Assembly (NCBI GenBank): GCA_964564245.1 | Contig: CAZMAK010000008.1 | Coordinates: forward strand, 6,235 to 60,686 | Source of the DNA: an uncultured Ectothiorhodospiraceae bacterium | Lineage (GTDB): Bacteria > Pseudomonadota > Gammaproteobacteria > UBA9214 | DNA: 54,452 nucleotides | Direction of reading: 5' to 3' | Shown here: piece by piece, positions 11,244 through 21,568 of the stretch | How positions within the stretch are numbered: position 1 is the first letter of the stretch | Layout: the number at the start of each line of letters is the position of its first letter | Position numbers and translations under genes: made by a program | Notes under the pieces: generated by a model | The model's database searches: none | What the model saw: the letters and a program-made list of their open reading frames with translations, nothing else | Told to the model about the DNA's origin: nothing

Positions 11244-12569
11244 TTACAGTATATACCGGCTCAGGTCCTCGTCCTTGACCAGTGCATCCAGATGCGCGGA
11301 GACATAGGCGGCATCGATGTGTGCCGTGCTGCCGGCGTGGTCGGTGGATTCGAAGGAAATCTCCTCCAGCAACCGCTCCATCACCGTGTGCAGCCGGCGC
11401 GCGCCGATGTTCTCGGTACGCTCGTTGATCCGGCTGGCAATTTCCGCGATTCGTTCGATCCCGTCCGGGGCGAACTCGAGCGTGACGGACTCGGTGGCCA
11501 GCAGTGCCTCGTACTGCTCGGTCAGCGAGGCATCCGGCTCGGTCAGGATGCGCACGAACTCGGCCGCCCCGAGATCATCCAGCTCCACGCGGATCGGCAG
11601 ACGCCCCTGCAGCTCGGGGATCAGGTCCGAGGGCCTGGACAGGTGAAACGCGCCGGAGGCGATGAACAGGATATGGTCGGTCCTGATCATGCCGTGCTTG
11701 GTGTTGACGGTACAGCCCTCGACCAGCGGCAGCAGGTCGCGCTGCACGCCCTCGCGCGACACGTCCGGCCCGCCGCCTGACTCCCCGCGCCGCGTGACCT
11801 TGTCGATCTCGTCGATAAAGACGATACCGTTCTGCTCGACATTTTCCAGCGCGCTCTGCTTGAGGTCGTCCTCGTTGATCAGGCGCGCCGCCTCGTCGTC
11901 GGTCAACAGCCGGCGCGCGTCGCGGATGCGCAGCTTGCGGTGGCGGGTGCGTTTGCCCCCCATATTCTGGAACATCTCCTGCAGCTGGCTGGTCATTTCC
12001 TCCATGCCCGGCGGGGCCATGATCTCCACGCCGACCTGGGCGGCCGAGACCTCGACCTCGATCTCCCGGTCATCCAGCGCACCCTCGCGCAGGCGCTTGC
12101 GGAATTTCTGCCGGGTGTCGGATTCCGTACCGTCACCGGCAGCGGCCTCGCGCGGTCCCGGCAGCAGGATCTCCAGAATACGATCCTCGGCGAGGTCCTC
12201 GGCCCGGTGCCGTACCTTGTTCATGGCGGTTTCACGCGCCAGCTTGATGGCCGCGTCGACCAGGTCACGGATGATGGATTCCACGTCACGACCGACGTAG
12301 CCGACCTCGGTGAACTTGGTGGCCTCGACCTTGATGAAGGGGGCATTGGCGAGCCGGGCCAGGCGGCGTGCGATCTCGGTCTTGCCGACCCCGGTCGGGC
12401 CGATCATCAGGATGTTCTTCGGGGTGATTTCCTGGCGCAGCACGGGATCGACCTGCATGCGGCGCCAGCGGTTGCGCAGGGCGATGGCCACGGCGCGCTT
12501 GGCGGCATCCTGACCGATGATGTGCTTGTCCAGTTCCTGGACGATTTCTCTGGGGGTCATGTGGGACAT
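11244..12569 (-). CDS. hslU: ATP-dependent protease ATPase subunit HslU
   Basis: [29 protein letters not shown] pore loop, FIDEIDK, NIGARRL. Confidence 0.99.
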   Translation of the reverse strand: MSHMTPREIVQELDKHIIGQDAAKRAVAIALRNRWRRMQVDPVLRQEITPKNILMIGPTGVGKTEIARRLARLANAPFIKVEATKFTEVGYVGRDVESIIRDLVDAAIKLARETAMNKVRHRAEDLAEDRILEILLPGPREAAAGDGTESDTRQKFRKRLREGALDDREIEVEVSAAQVGVEIMAPPGMEEMTSQLQEMFQNMGGKRTRHRKLRIRDARRLLTDDEAARLINEDDLKQSALENVEQNGIVFIDEIDKVTRRGESGGGPDVSREGVQRDLLPLVEGCTVNTKHGMIRTDHILFIASGAFHLSRPSDLIPELQGRLPIRVELDDLGAAEFVRILTEPDASLTEQYEALLATESVTLEFAPDGIERIAEIASRINERTENIGARRLHTVMERLLEEISFESTDHAGSTAHIDAAYVSAHLDALVKDEDLSRYIL

Positions 12570-12639
12570 AGTGTCTGCGGGTCGGAGCGGTTCGATAACA
12601 TGGGATTCAGGCAGGGAGACCGGACGCGGTTCAATGCGG

Positions 12640-13182
12640 TCAGCTGATCTCCAGGGTCTCGATGGTCAGGTTGCGGTTGGTATAGATACAGATGTCCGCG
12701 GCGATGTTCAGGCTGGCCTCGGCGATCGAGCGGGCATCGAGTTCGGTATTTTCCAGCAGGGCGCGGGCCGCCGCCTGGGCATAGGGGCCTCCCGAACCGA
12801 TTGCCATCAGGGACCGTTCCGGCTCGATGACATCGCCGTTCCCGCTGATGATGAGCGAGGTTTCCCGGTCGGCCACCGCCAGCAGTGCCTCGAGGTTGCG
12901 CAGCATCTTGTTGGTGCGCCAGTCCTTGGCCAGTTCAACGGCCGCGCGGGCGAGTTGCCCGCTGTGTTTTTCCAGCTTGCTCTCGAACAGTTCGAACAGG
13001 GTGAAGGCGTCGGCGGTACCGCCGGCGAAGCCGGCGATGACCCGGTCGTTGTAGAGGCGGCGCACCTTGCGGGCATTCCCCTTCATCACGGTGTCGCCCA
13101 TGGTGACCTGGCCGTCACCACCGATGACCACGCTGTCACCACGGCGCACGGAAAGGATGGTCGTGCCGTGAAACTGTTCCAC
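12640..13182 (-). CDS. hslV: ATP-dependent protease subunit HslV
   Basis: GTG start, short propeptide then [26 protein letters not shown]. Confidence 0.98.
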   Translation of the reverse strand: MEQFHGTTILSVRRGDSVVIGGDGQVTMGDTVMKGNARKVRRLYNDRVIAGFAGGTADAFTLFELFESKLEKHSGQLARAAVELAKDWRTNKMLRNLEALLAVADRETSLIISGNGDVIEPERSLMAIGSGGPYAQAAARALLENTELDARSIAEASLNIAADICIYTNRNLTIETLEIS

Positions 13183-13196
13183 TGGAAGGCTCCTGC

Positions 13197-13254
13197 AAAA
13201 AAGGCATCCGATTGTACACCATACTATTGGTGCAATCGGGACACGAACAAAGGG
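13197..13254 (-). promoter_or_regulatory. hslVU upstream element: long imperfect hairpin followed by U6 on the minus strand, overlapping a weak sigma32-like promoter
   Basis: Minus strand GTGTCCCGATTG-CACCA-atagta-TGGTG-ta-CAATCGGATGC-c-TTTTTT just before the SD AGGAG; tTTGtt-N13-CACCAATA is a loose match to the RpoH consensus. Confidence 0.4.
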
Positions 13255-13602
13255 GTTGGTAGCGCGCGAGGGGGCGCTTCACCACCTGCCGGCGGCACGC
13301 GGCCCGGGCCTCCGGTCGGGACAGGGTGGCGCAGGAAAATGCCATGAATTGGCGTATTCTCTAAATTTAGTCAATGGTTGAAATGGTGGATTTCCCGCTC
13401 CGTGCCCGGGACGGCAAGGCCGGCAACGGTACACCGGGTGCCGGTTACGTCCACCTGGCCGATGGCGACGGCGGTTGGTGCGAGGCCGTGAGAAAATTAT
13501 AATTAATTGTAATATATAATAAAAATATGAATGATAGAGAATTATCTATTTATTGATAAGCATCGATTTACCGGATACGGGCCCCCGCCAGGCACGCGCG
13601 GC

Positions 13603-14505
13603 TCATTTCTTGCGCGCCCGCGGGTGGGCCTTGTCATACACCTGGGCCAGGTGCTGGAAATCGAGGTGGGTATAGACCTGGGTGGTGCTGATGTCCGCGT
13701 GCCCCAGCAGTTCCTGCACGGCGCGCAGGTCACCACTGGATTCGAGCAGGTGACTGGCGAAGGAGTGGCGCAGGGTGTGGGGATGAAGCCGGCCCGGCAG
13801 CCCGCGCAGCCGGGCGCGTTGCCGGACGCGATGTTGCACGGCCCGCGCACCCAGTCGCCGGCCGCGCAGACTGGTGAACAGGGCGGTCTCGCGCGCCTGG
13901 ACCGGGCGCACGGCAAGCCAGTCGCGCAGGGCCTGGCAGGCCTTGCCGCCGACGGGCACCACCCGGGTCTTGGCACCCTTGCCGGTGACCCGGACGATCC
14001 GCTCCTCGAAGTCGATATCATCCAGGTTCAGTGACACCAGTTCGGCCAGCCGCAGCCCGGACGAATACAGCAACTCCAGCATGGCAAGGTCGCGCAGTGT
14101 GAGCGGCTCGCGATCGGTCACGGCAAGCAGGCGGTTCATGTCGTCCACGCTGACGGTATCCGGCAGGTGTCGGCCACTGCGCGGGGCGCGGACATCCAGC
14201 CCGGGATTCTGGCCGACGGCGCCTTCCCGCAGCAGGTAGTTGAAGAAGGTGCGCAGGGCCGACAGGCGGCGCTGGATGCTGCGGCCGTTCAGGCCGCGCC
14301 GGTGACCGTGGGCGGCGTAGCGGCGTACGTGATGGGTGTCGAGCCGGCCCCAGTGGGTCAGCCCCTGGTCCCGGCACCAGGCGGACAGCTCCAGCAGGTC
14401 GCGGCGGTAATGCAGACGGGTCTGTTCGGACAGGCGGCGTTCGGTCCGCAGGTGATGCAGGAACCGGTCGATCCAGGCTGTGGCCGATTCATCCAAGCGC
14501 GGCAC
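13603..14505 (-). CDS. xerC: Tyrosine recombinase XerC
   Basis: LLYSSGLRLAEL, GKG.KTR, HTLRHSFASHLLESSGDLRAVQELLGHADISTTQVYTH; after dapF-DUF484; start uncertain (GTG 14505 or TTG 14496). Confidence 0.96.
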   Translation of the reverse strand: MPRLDESATAWIDRFLHHLRTERRLSEQTRLHYRRDLLELSAWCRDQGLTHWGRLDTHHVRRYAAHGHRRGLNGRSIQRRLSALRTFFNYLLREGAVGQNPGLDVRAPRSGRHLPDTVSVDDMNRLLAVTDREPLTLRDLAMLELLYSSGLRLAELVSLNLDDIDFEERIVRVTGKGAKTRVVPVGGKACQALRDWLAVRPVQARETALFTSLRGRRLGARAVQHRVRQRARLRGLPGRLHPHTLRHSFASHLLESSGDLRAVQELLGHADISTTQVYTHLDFQHLAQVYDKAHPRARKK

Positions 14506-14521
14506 CGCCGGCGGCAGGGGA

Positions 14522-15262
14522 TCAGGCGGCCGGTGGTTCCGGCGGGGTGAGCATGCCGATTTTCTTGGTGTGCAGGGCCAGCAGCATGCCGAGCAGCTCA
14601 CCGAGGTGGGTCAGGAACAGGGTGCCCATGCCGGGGTGAAAATGGCTGGCCTCCTGGCTGCCGATCGCCAGCATGCCAAAGGCGCACTTCTGGCCAAGCG
14701 GCACCAGTGCGGCCGACTCGATGGCCGCGGCCTGGTCGCCGAACAGGTATTGCAGCTGCTCCGGCTTGAAACGGCCGCACTGCGGGCGGGAAGAGCGCAG
14801 AAACGACTCGAAGTGCTCCAGTTGCGGGGCGCCTTCGCTGAAATCCTCGATACCGCATTCGCGCCGGATCACGTCCGGCACGCCGGTCACGCGCAGGGTC
14901 ACGCTGTCCGCCCGGAATTCCCCCCGCAGGTTGTCGCGCAGCGTATCGAGCAGCTGCACCAGTGAACCGGAGCTGATCAGTTCCAGGGTCAGCTGGTGCA
15001 TGCGTTCATTCAGGCGGTTGTTGTCCCGCGCCACCTGCACCAGGTCCATCAGCTTGCGTTTCAGCTGGGTGTTCTGGTCGCGCAGCACCTTCACCTGGTG
15101 CTCGACCAGCGACACGGCCGGTCCGCAGCTGTGCGGGATTTCCAGGGTGGCCAGCAGGCTGGCGTTGTTGCGGAAAAAGTCCGGGTTCTCGCGCAGATAG
15201 TCGGCGACGGTTTTTTCTTCCAGCGGCAGTGCTTCCGGGCGTTTCTGCTGAGGCGTCGTCAT
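14522..15262 (-). CDS. DUF484 family protein (YigA-like)
   Basis: [33 protein letters not shown]; start ATG 15262 overlaps the dapF stop. Confidence 0.93.
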   Translation of the reverse strand: MTTPQQKRPEALPLEEKTVADYLRENPDFFRNNASLLATLEIPHSCGPAVSLVEHQVKVLRDQNTQLKRKLMDLVQVARDNNRLNERMHQLTLELISSGSLVQLLDTLRDNLRGEFRADSVTLRVTGVPDVIRRECGIEDFSEGAPQLEHFESFLRSSRPQCGRFKPEQLQYLFGDQAAAIESAALVPLGQKCAFGMLAIGSQEASHFHPGMGTLFLTHLGELLGMLLALHTKKIGMLTPPEPPAA

Positions 15263-16098
15263 GGCTCGATACGTCCCTGGTAGACCGTGGTGGCGGGTCC
15301 GGTCATCATAACCGGGCAGCCTTCTCCAGACCAGCTTATTGCCAGCTCGCCACCGGCCAGACGGACGCGGACCTGCTCGTCCAGCCTGCCCCACAGGCGT
15401 CCGATGACCACGGCGGCACAGGCGCCGCTGCCGCAGGCAAGGGTTTCCCCGGCGCCCCGCTCGAAGACGCGGACCCGGACGGTGTGGCGATCGACGATCT
15501 GCACGAACCCGGCATTGACCCGCTGCGGAAAGCGGGGATGCCGCTCGATCCGGGGTCCGAGCGCGGCCAGCGGGGCGCTGTCGATGTCATCGACCTCCAG
15601 CACCGCGTGCGGATTGCCCAGCGCCACCGCCCCGATCTCCAGCGCCTGGCCGTCCACCTCCAGCGGGTAGCGTCTGGCCCGTTGTGGCGCGTTGAACGGG
15701 ATATTGGCCGGTTCGAACTCCGGGACCCCCATGTTCACCGTCACCTGTCCGTCCGGGCGGCGGGCCAGTTCGAGCACGCCGTTCAGGGTCTGCACGCGAA
15801 CCTGTGGCCGGTCGGTCAGCCCGCGCTCGTGCACGAACTGCATGAAGCAGCGCGCCCCGTTGCCGCACTGGGCCACCTCGCCGCCATCGGCGTTGTAGAT
15901 GCGGTAGCGGAAGTCGATGCCGGGGGTGGATGCGGGCTCGACCAGCAGTAACTGGTCAAAGCCAACGCCGAAATGGCGGTCGGCCAGTGTCCGGATCCGC
16001 TCCGCCGACAGCTGCACCGGCTGGTGGATGGCATCGATGACCATGAAGTCGTTGCCGAGGCCGTGCATCTTGGTGAATTCGAGGGTCATGGTGCGCAT
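15259..16098 (-). CDS. dapF: Diaminopimelate epimerase
   Basis: [41 protein letters not shown]; start 16098 or 16089. Confidence 0.98.
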   Translation of the reverse strand: MRTMTLEFTKMHGLGNDFMVIDAIHQPVQLSAERIRTLADRHFGVGFDQLLLVEPASTPGIDFRYRIYNADGGEVAQCGNGARCFMQFVHERGLTDRPQVRVQTLNGVLELARRPDGQVTVNMGVPEFEPANIPFNAPQRARRYPLEVDGQALEIGAVALGNPHAVLEVDDIDSAPLAALGPRIERHPRFPQRVNAGFVQIVDRHTVRVRVFERGAGETLACGSGACAAVVIGRLWGRLDEQVRVRLAGGELAISWSGEGCPVMMTGPATTVYQGRIEP

Positions 16099-16120
16099 CG
16101 TGCCATGCTTTCAGAAAAAT

Positions 16121-16270
16121 TTCTCGCGCAAAGGCGCAAAGGTGCGATGCGAATAAAAATGGTTGCTACAGAGGTCACAAAGAACACGGAGGGAAGGGAA
16201 GACATGAATTTCCGTGTGCCGCTAGCGCGACATGACTGCTTCGGCAGGTACCCGGCGCCTTTGCGCAAGA
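16121..16270. repeat. Intergenic REP/MITE-like inverted-repeat composite
   Basis: Left arm TCTCGCGCAAAGGCGC(AAAG) and right arm GCGCCTTTGCGCAAGA are 15/16 complementary; internal (C)ACAGAG-like periodic tract. Confidence 0.7.
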
Positions 16271-16277
16271 CAGATGG

Positions 16278-17528
16278 TTACTCCGGCAGCAGGTGTTCGC
16301 CGCGGTAGAGGTCCGGGATCGTTTCCCGCTCACGAATCAGGTGTGCCTGCGCCCCGTCCACCATGACCTCTGCCGCGCGCGGGCGCGTGTTGTAGCTGGA
16401 ACTCATGGAAAATCCGTAGGCACCGGCGGAACGAATGGCCAGCAGATCACCTTCCGCCAGGTGGAAGACGCGGTCCCTGCCGAGGAAATCACCGGTCTCG
16501 CAGACCGGCCCGACCACGTCATAGACCAGTGCGCTGCCGGTACGAGTCCGCACCGGCACGATCTCGTGCCAGGCGTCGTACAGGGCCGGGCGCTGCAGGT
16601 CGTTCATGGCGGCATCGACGATGGCGAAATTGCGGTGTGCCGTATGTTTCAGGTATTCCACACGCGTCAGCAGTACACCGGCGTTACCGGCGATGGCACG
16701 GCCCGGTTCGAGCAGCAATTCCAGGTTGCGCCCCGCCAGGCCCGCCAGCAGGGCCTGGACGTAGTGGTCCGGCGCCGGCGGCGCGTCGCCGCACCGGTAG
16801 GCGATGCCGAGCCCGCCGCCGAGGTCGATGTGCCGCAGGACGATACCCGCCTGCGCCAGCCGGTCCACCAGTTGCAGCACCCGCTCCAGTGCATCGACGA
16901 ACGGGTTGACCGAGGTCAGTTGCGAGCCGATATGGCAATCGATACCGGTGATGTCGATGTGCGGCAGATCCATGGCAATCCGGTAGGTGTCGAACGCCGA
17001 GTTCACATCGATGCCGAACTTGTTGTCACGCAGGCCGGTGGAGATATAGGGATGGGTTTTTGCATCGACGTCCGGGTTGACGCGCAGCGAGACCGGTGCG
17101 ATGCGCCCCAGCCTTTCGGCGACGTCGTTGAGCCGGTAGAGCTCGACGTCGGATTCGACGTTGAAGCAGCGAATGCCGGCCTGCAGGGCGCTGCGCATCT
17201 CGTCCGTGCGCTTGCCGACCCCGGAAAACACCACCCGGCCCGGATCGCCGCCGGCCGCCAGCACGCGTTGCAGTTCGCCGGCGGAGACGATGTCAAAGCC
17301 GGAACCGAGGCGGGCAAGTACCTGCAGCACGGCCAGGCTGGAACAGGCCTTTACGGCATAGCAGACCAGGTGCGGCTGTCCGGCCAGGGCGTCGTCGAAC
17401 ACGCGCCAGTGCCGTTCCAGCGTGGCGCGCGAATACACGTAGCACGGGGTGCCGAAGCGGGCGGCGACCTGTTCCAGCGGGAGTGATTCCGCGTACAGTT
17501 CGCCGGCCTGGTGATTGAAGTAATCCAT
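16278..17528 (-). CDS. lysA: Diaminopimelate decarboxylase
   Basis: GTPCYVYS, YAVKA PLP lysine, HPYISTG..NKFG, HIGSQ, EPGR, GPVCETGD; start MDYFNH at 17528. Confidence 0.98.
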   Translation of the reverse strand: MDYFNHQAGELYAESLPLEQVAARFGTPCYVYSRATLERHWRVFDDALAGQPHLVCYAVKACSSLAVLQVLARLGSGFDIVSAGELQRVLAAGGDPGRVVFSGVGKRTDEMRSALQAGIRCFNVESDVELYRLNDVAERLGRIAPVSLRVNPDVDAKTHPYISTGLRDNKFGIDVNSAFDTYRIAMDLPHIDITGIDCHIGSQLTSVNPFVDALERVLQLVDRLAQAGIVLRHIDLGGGLGIAYRCGDAPPAPDHYVQALLAGLAGRNLELLLEPGRAIAGNAGVLLTRVEYLKHTAHRNFAIVDAAMNDLQRPALYDAWHEIVPVRTRTGSALVYDVVGPVCETGDFLGRDRVFHLAEGDLLAIRSAGAYGFSMSSSYNTRPRAAEVMVDGAQAHLIRERETIPDLYRGEHLLPE

Positions 17529-17533
17529 GAACC

Positions 17534-17671
17534 CTAGTGCGGCTGTGCGGGGTCCTGCTGGTCCGGTGGCGGCTGGTCCGGCAGGTACAGCGGGCCGGTC
17601 TGCCCGCAGCCGGCCAGTACCAGCAGCAGTGCGGCGATCAGACAGCGGGTCCTCAGGTAACGGTACGCCAT
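17534..17671 (-). CDS. lptM: Small lipoprotein of the LptM/YifL (LppL) family
   Basis: 45 aa, lipobox LAGC followed by GQTGPLYLP; directly upstream of lysA. Confidence 0.88.
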   Translation of the reverse strand: MAYRYLRTRCLIAALLLVLAGCGQTGPLYLPDQPPPDQQDPAQPH

Positions 17672-17770
17672 GGCGGTGTCGGGTGTGCGGGATACACAGT
17701 ATACGTGTCCGGCGCGGCAAACCCAATCCGCCGGTACAGTTGTACACCAGGCTGGTGCATACTCCCGGAC

Positions 17771-18442
17771 ATGACCGCAGCCCTGCTTGATGCCGTGGAA
17801 ATCAACCCGCCGGACCGGCCGCGCGCCTGCATCATCTGGCTGCACGGGCTCGGGGCCGACGGTCATGACTTCGCGCCGCTGATTCCCCAGCTCGGTATCG
17901 TGCAGGAGCACGGGGTGCGCGTGGTGCTGCCGCATGCGCCGCACCGGCCGGTGACCCTCAACGCCGGCCTGGTCATGCCGGCCTGGTATGACATTCCGGC
18001 GAGTGATTTCCTGCATTCCGAAGACGAGGACGGGATCCGCCGCTCACAGCGGCAGATCGTGGCGCTGATCGAACGCGAGGTCGCGGCCGGCCTGGCGCCG
18101 GAGCGCATCGTGCTGGCGGGATTTTCCCAGGGTGGCGCCATTGCCCTGCATACCGGTCTGCGTTACCCGCGGCCACTGGCAGGTATCCTGGCCCTGTCCA
18201 CCTACCTGCCGCTGCCCGTCCGGCTGGACGACGAGGCGGCCCCGGCCAATGCATCGGTGCCGGTGTTGCTGGCGCACGGCAGCCATGACCCGGTCGTGCC
18301 GCTGGCACTGGCGGAACAGGCGCGCGCGCTGTTGACCGCCAGGGGTTACCCGGTGGAGTGGCGTGTCTATCCGATGCCGCACGCGGTGTGTCCGGCCGAG
18401 GTGCAGGATATCCGGAAGTGGTTGCTGGCCCGGCTGGGCTAG
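17771..18442 (+). CDS. Phospholipase/carboxylesterase, alpha/beta hydrolase
   Basis: IWLHGLGADGHDF, MPAWYDI, GFSQGG, HG.HDPVV, PMPHAVC. Confidence 0.93.
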   Translation: MTAALLDAVEINPPDRPRACIIWLHGLGADGHDFAPLIPQLGIVQEHGVRVVLPHAPHRPVTLNAGLVMPAWYDIPASDFLHSEDEDGIRRSQRQIVALIEREVAAGLAPERIVLAGFSQGGAIALHTGLRYPRPLAGILALSTYLPLPVRLDDEAAPANASVPVLLAHGSHDPVVPLALAEQARALLTARGYPVEWRVYPMPHAVCPAEVQDIRKWLLARLG

Positions 18443-18571
18443 GAGCCTGCCGGATCCGGGACTGCTGCGCCGGCGGGGCAGCGGCCCGTTGTTTCCGATC
18501 CTCCGCGTCAGATAGCGACGGCTATCCTCCACGACCGATCGGGTAGTGACCTCGTTCTCCCGACCGGCTTG

Positions 18572-19417
18572 CTACGACCGCCCGAAACCGGCAGTCTCCT
18601 GGACCGCAATCGAGCGGCCGGTGTCGTTGCGGTACGCCTCCTGCAGGGCGTCCTCGGCGCGTTCCAGCAGGGACACGGCATCATCGTTCTTCTGGCACTG
18701 GGTAACGCCGAAACAGGCCTGGGTCATGCAGCTGGCCCCCGCATTCATGCGCTCGATGTGTGTGGCGAGTTTGTCGATCAGCAGCAGTGCGGCGTCCTGG
18801 CTGGTTTCCTGCAGGATCAGGATGATGTCTCGTGCCTCGTTGCAGCCCACCAGGTCGGCCCAGCGGGTCTGGTCACGCAGCAGGGTGGTGATCCGGCGCA
18901 GGACCATGTTGCGGGCGGATCCCGGTTCGGACCGGATACCCAGCGCGATCACCGACAGCGGGCTGTTGTAGCGTCTGCAACGGGCCACCAGCGGTTCCAG
19001 TGCGGTCTGCAGGCCGTACCGGCTCAGCAGGCTGACGAATTCGTGATCGTGCAGGGTGATTCCCTGCAACTCGGAGGCGAGGGCGTCGCGCTCCTTGCGC
19101 AGCCGCAGCTGCTCGGTGATGTCGATGTAGAAACGTACCGAGTTGCCCGGGGAGTCATCGATTTCATGGTGCTCCACGGCCAGCCAGCGTTCCACGCCGT
19201 CGGGCATGATCCAGTGCAGTACGGTGCTGTCGCCCAGCAAGGGCAGGATCAGGTCGTCGGGTTGCCGGGGTTCGGTCAACGTCTCCACGTTGCTGCCGGT
19301 CAGGCTGGCAAAGGCCTTGTTGCAGGCCCGGATATGTCCACTGTCGTTCAGCAGCAGCATCGGTACGGGGCAAACACCGAGCAGTGTGAGGGCTTCGTGC
19401 AATACCAGGTCTTTCAT
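18572..19417 (-). CDS. PAS-like plus degenerate GGDEF-domain protein
   Basis: RRYNSPLSVI, TRWADLVG, ILILQET...A, FGVT, LLERAEDAL follow the GGDEF fold pattern; GGDEF signature replaced by EARDI. Confidence 0.8.
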   Translation of the reverse strand: MKDLVLHEALTLLGVCPVPMLLLNDSGHIRACNKAFASLTGSNVETLTEPRQPDDLILPLLGDSTVLHWIMPDGVERWLAVEHHEIDDSPGNSVRFYIDITEQLRLRKERDALASELQGITLHDHEFVSLLSRYGLQTALEPLVARCRRYNSPLSVIALGIRSEPGSARNMVLRRITTLLRDQTRWADLVGCNEARDIILILQETSQDAALLLIDKLATHIERMNAGASCMTQACFGVTQCQKNDDAVSLLERAEDALQEAYRNDTGRSIAVQETAGFGRS

Positions 19418-19445
19418 TGGCGGGTGTCCCGGTTCTTATGGCCGC

Positions 19446-20876
19446 TTAACGGGTGGATGACAGGCTGACATCCTGCCTGTTCTGGCTGTCGACCCGCTGG
19501 CGAGCGGTGGCGGCGGCGGCGCGCACCTGTATCGGGGCCGTGCCACCGGCATGATTGCGCGCGGCCATGGAGCCTTCCAGCGAGAGCACATCGAACACGT
19601 CGGCTTCAATCGTCGGAGAGAACTGTTGCAGTTCCTGCAGCGTCATCACGGCCAGGTCCCTGCCCTGTTCGATACCGTAGCGCACGGCGCGGCCGACGAT
19701 CTCGTGGGCATCGCGGAATGCCGTGCCCTTGCGTACCAGGTAGTCGGCGAGGTCGGTGGCGGTCGCGAAGCCCTGCAGCGCGGCATCGCGCATGCGGTCA
19801 TGGCGAATGCCGATTGCAGGCACCATGTCGGCAAACGCACGCAATGACCCGGACAGGGTGTCGATGGTGTCGAACAGCGGTTCCTTGTCCTCCTGGTTGT
19901 CCTTGTTATAGGCCAGCGGTTGCCCCTTCATCAGCATCAGCAGGCTGACCAGGTGGCCGGTTACGCGTCCGCACTTGCCGCGCACCAGTTCCGGGACATC
20001 GGGGTTCTTCTTCTGGGGCATGATGCTGGAGCCGGTACAGAAGCGGTCCGGCAGTTCGACGAAGCTGAACTGGGCCGAGGACCACAGGATCAGTTCCTCG
20101 GAAAAGCGTGACAGGTGCATCATGATGAGGGACGCCGCGGCACAGAACTCGATGGCGAAGTCGCGGTCGCTCACGGCATCGAGCGAGTTGGCGGCCGGCG
20201 CGTCGAAGCCGAGCAGCTGTGCCGTGTAGGCACGGTCGATCGGAAAGCTGGTGCCGGCCAGTGCCGCCGCGCCCAGCGGCATGATATTGACCCGCCCCCG
20301 GCAGTCCTGCAGGCGCGCATGGTCACGCGCCAGCATGGCCTCCCAGGCCAGCATATGGTGGCCGAAGCTGACCGGCATGGCGACCTGCAGGTGTGTGAAG
20401 CCCGGCATGATGCTGGCGGCCTCGCGCTCGGCCACGTCGATCAGTGCGTACTGCAACCGCTGCAGCTCGGCGGACAGGCGATCGATCTCGTCACGCAGGT
20501 AGAGGCGCAGGTCGGTCGCCACCTGGTCGTTGCGCGAGCGCCCGGTGTGCAGCTTCTTGCCGGTCTCGCCGATGCGCTCGATCAGCCGGGCCTCGATATT
20601 CATGTGAATGTCCTCGAGCCCGACCGACCACGGGAAGGCGCCGCGCTCGATGTCCACACGAATCCCTTCCAGTCCTTCCACGATGGCATCGGCCTCGGCC
20701 GGCTCCAGGATGCCGACGTGCGCCAGCATGCGGGCATGCGCAATCGAGCCGGCGATGTCGTGGCGGTACAGACGCTGGTCGAAACGGATCGAGGCGGTAA
20801 ACTCCTCGACGAATGCGTCCGTCGATTCGGTGAAACGGCCTCCCCAGGGTCTGGATTCGCTTGGCTTGTCGGTCAT
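19446..20876 (-). CDS. argH: Argininosuccinate lyase
   Basis: [50 protein letters not shown]. Confidence 0.99.
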   Translation of the reverse strand: MTDKPSESRPWGGRFTESTDAFVEEFTASIRFDQRLYRHDIAGSIAHARMLAHVGILEPAEADAIVEGLEGIRVDIERGAFPWSVGLEDIHMNIEARLIERIGETGKKLHTGRSRNDQVATDLRLYLRDEIDRLSAELQRLQYALIDVAEREAASIMPGFTHLQVAMPVSFGHHMLAWEAMLARDHARLQDCRGRVNIMPLGAAALAGTSFPIDRAYTAQLLGFDAPAANSLDAVSDRDFAIEFCAAASLIMMHLSRFSEELILWSSAQFSFVELPDRFCTGSSIMPQKKNPDVPELVRGKCGRVTGHLVSLLMLMKGQPLAYNKDNQEDKEPLFDTIDTLSGSLRAFADMVPAIGIRHDRMRDAALQGFATATDLADYLVRKGTAFRDAHEIVGRAVRYGIEQGRDLAVMTLQELQQFSPTIEADVFDVLSLEGSMAARNHAGGTAPIQVRAAAATARQRVDSQNRQDVSLSSTR

Positions 20877-21002
20877 GGTCCGGTCGTGAGGGTCAGGATG
20901 GGCGCAGTATATCGAATCCGGGCCGGATTTCCGTTACAACCTTGCCCGAAATCCGTTCCGGAAGCGGTGCGATGCCGCTGTCCGGCGGCAGGGCGTCAGC
21001 AG

Positions 21003-21539
21003 TCAGTTGCCGGTACCGTTCGTCCAGGGGCGGCAGCCGGCAACGGCCCGGGTTCCGGCCGGGTTACGGATCACCTGCAGGGCGGTATCGATACAGGCGT
21101 CCAGGTAACCGCCAAACAGTTCGGGTGTGTTGATGCCGACAATGCGTTCCGTGAGTTCCCGCCCATGGCCGTCCATGAAAACCAGCGTGGGCGTCATCCG
21201 GGTCCGGTAGCGGCCGGCCAGTGTCACCGTCGCCAGGGGCTGTCCGTCGAAACCCGTGACGGGGGAGCCACTGTCCAGCGACAGGCGCCGCAGGATGAGC
21301 TTGTCCGTGTAATCGCCGCTGAGCAGCATGGGGACCAGGAATTCCTGTTCCAGCTGCCGGCAGTACGCACAGCCTGCCGTGCTGATTTCCAGCACGATCG
21401 GGAGTTGCCGGTCGAGCGCCTCGCGCCCGTCGCGCTGCAGGTCCGTGGCGGCGGGGACCGCGGGTTCCGCACCGGCACCGGAGACCAGCCACAGAAACGC
21501 GCACCCGGCCAGCACAGGCTTGTATAATCGCAACCACAT
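21003..21539 (-). CDS. Exported thioredoxin-fold protein (SoxW-like)
   Basis: Signal peptide, CAYC motif, TPTLVF cis-Pro loop, RIVG; start uncertain (ATG 21539 or GTG 21515). Confidence 0.78.
   Translation of the reverse strand: MWLRLYKPVLAGCAFLWLVSGAGAEPAVPAATDLQRDGREALDRQLPIVLEISTAGCAYCRQLEQEFLVPMLLSGDYTDKLILRRLSLDSGSPVTGFDGQPLATVTLAGRYRTRMTPTLVFMDGHGRELTERIVGINTPELFGGYLDACIDTALQVIRNPAGTRAVAGCRPWTNGTGN
21523..21528 (+). promoter_or_regulatory. Possible sigma70 -10 box for hemCD
   Basis: Perfect TATAAT about 40 nt upstream of the hemC ATG in GC-rich surroundings; no clear -35. Confidence 0.4.
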
Positions 21540-21568
21540 GTTTCCATTAGGAGTCGGGGCGGCCATCC

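Noticed and set aside
13204-13244. CIRCE (HrcA) operator upstream of hslV
   Set aside because: The inverted repeat does not resemble TTAGCACTC-N9-GAGTGCTAA.
13603-14505. Tyrosine recombinase as the integrase of a mobile element
   Set aside because: Sequence and dapF-DUF484 context identify it as chromosomal XerC; no att sites or cargo genes.
16099-16277. Lysine riboswitch or CRISPR-like array near lysA
   Set aside because: The element lies downstream of lysA, lacks riboswitch motifs, and has no regularly spaced direct repeats or cas genes.
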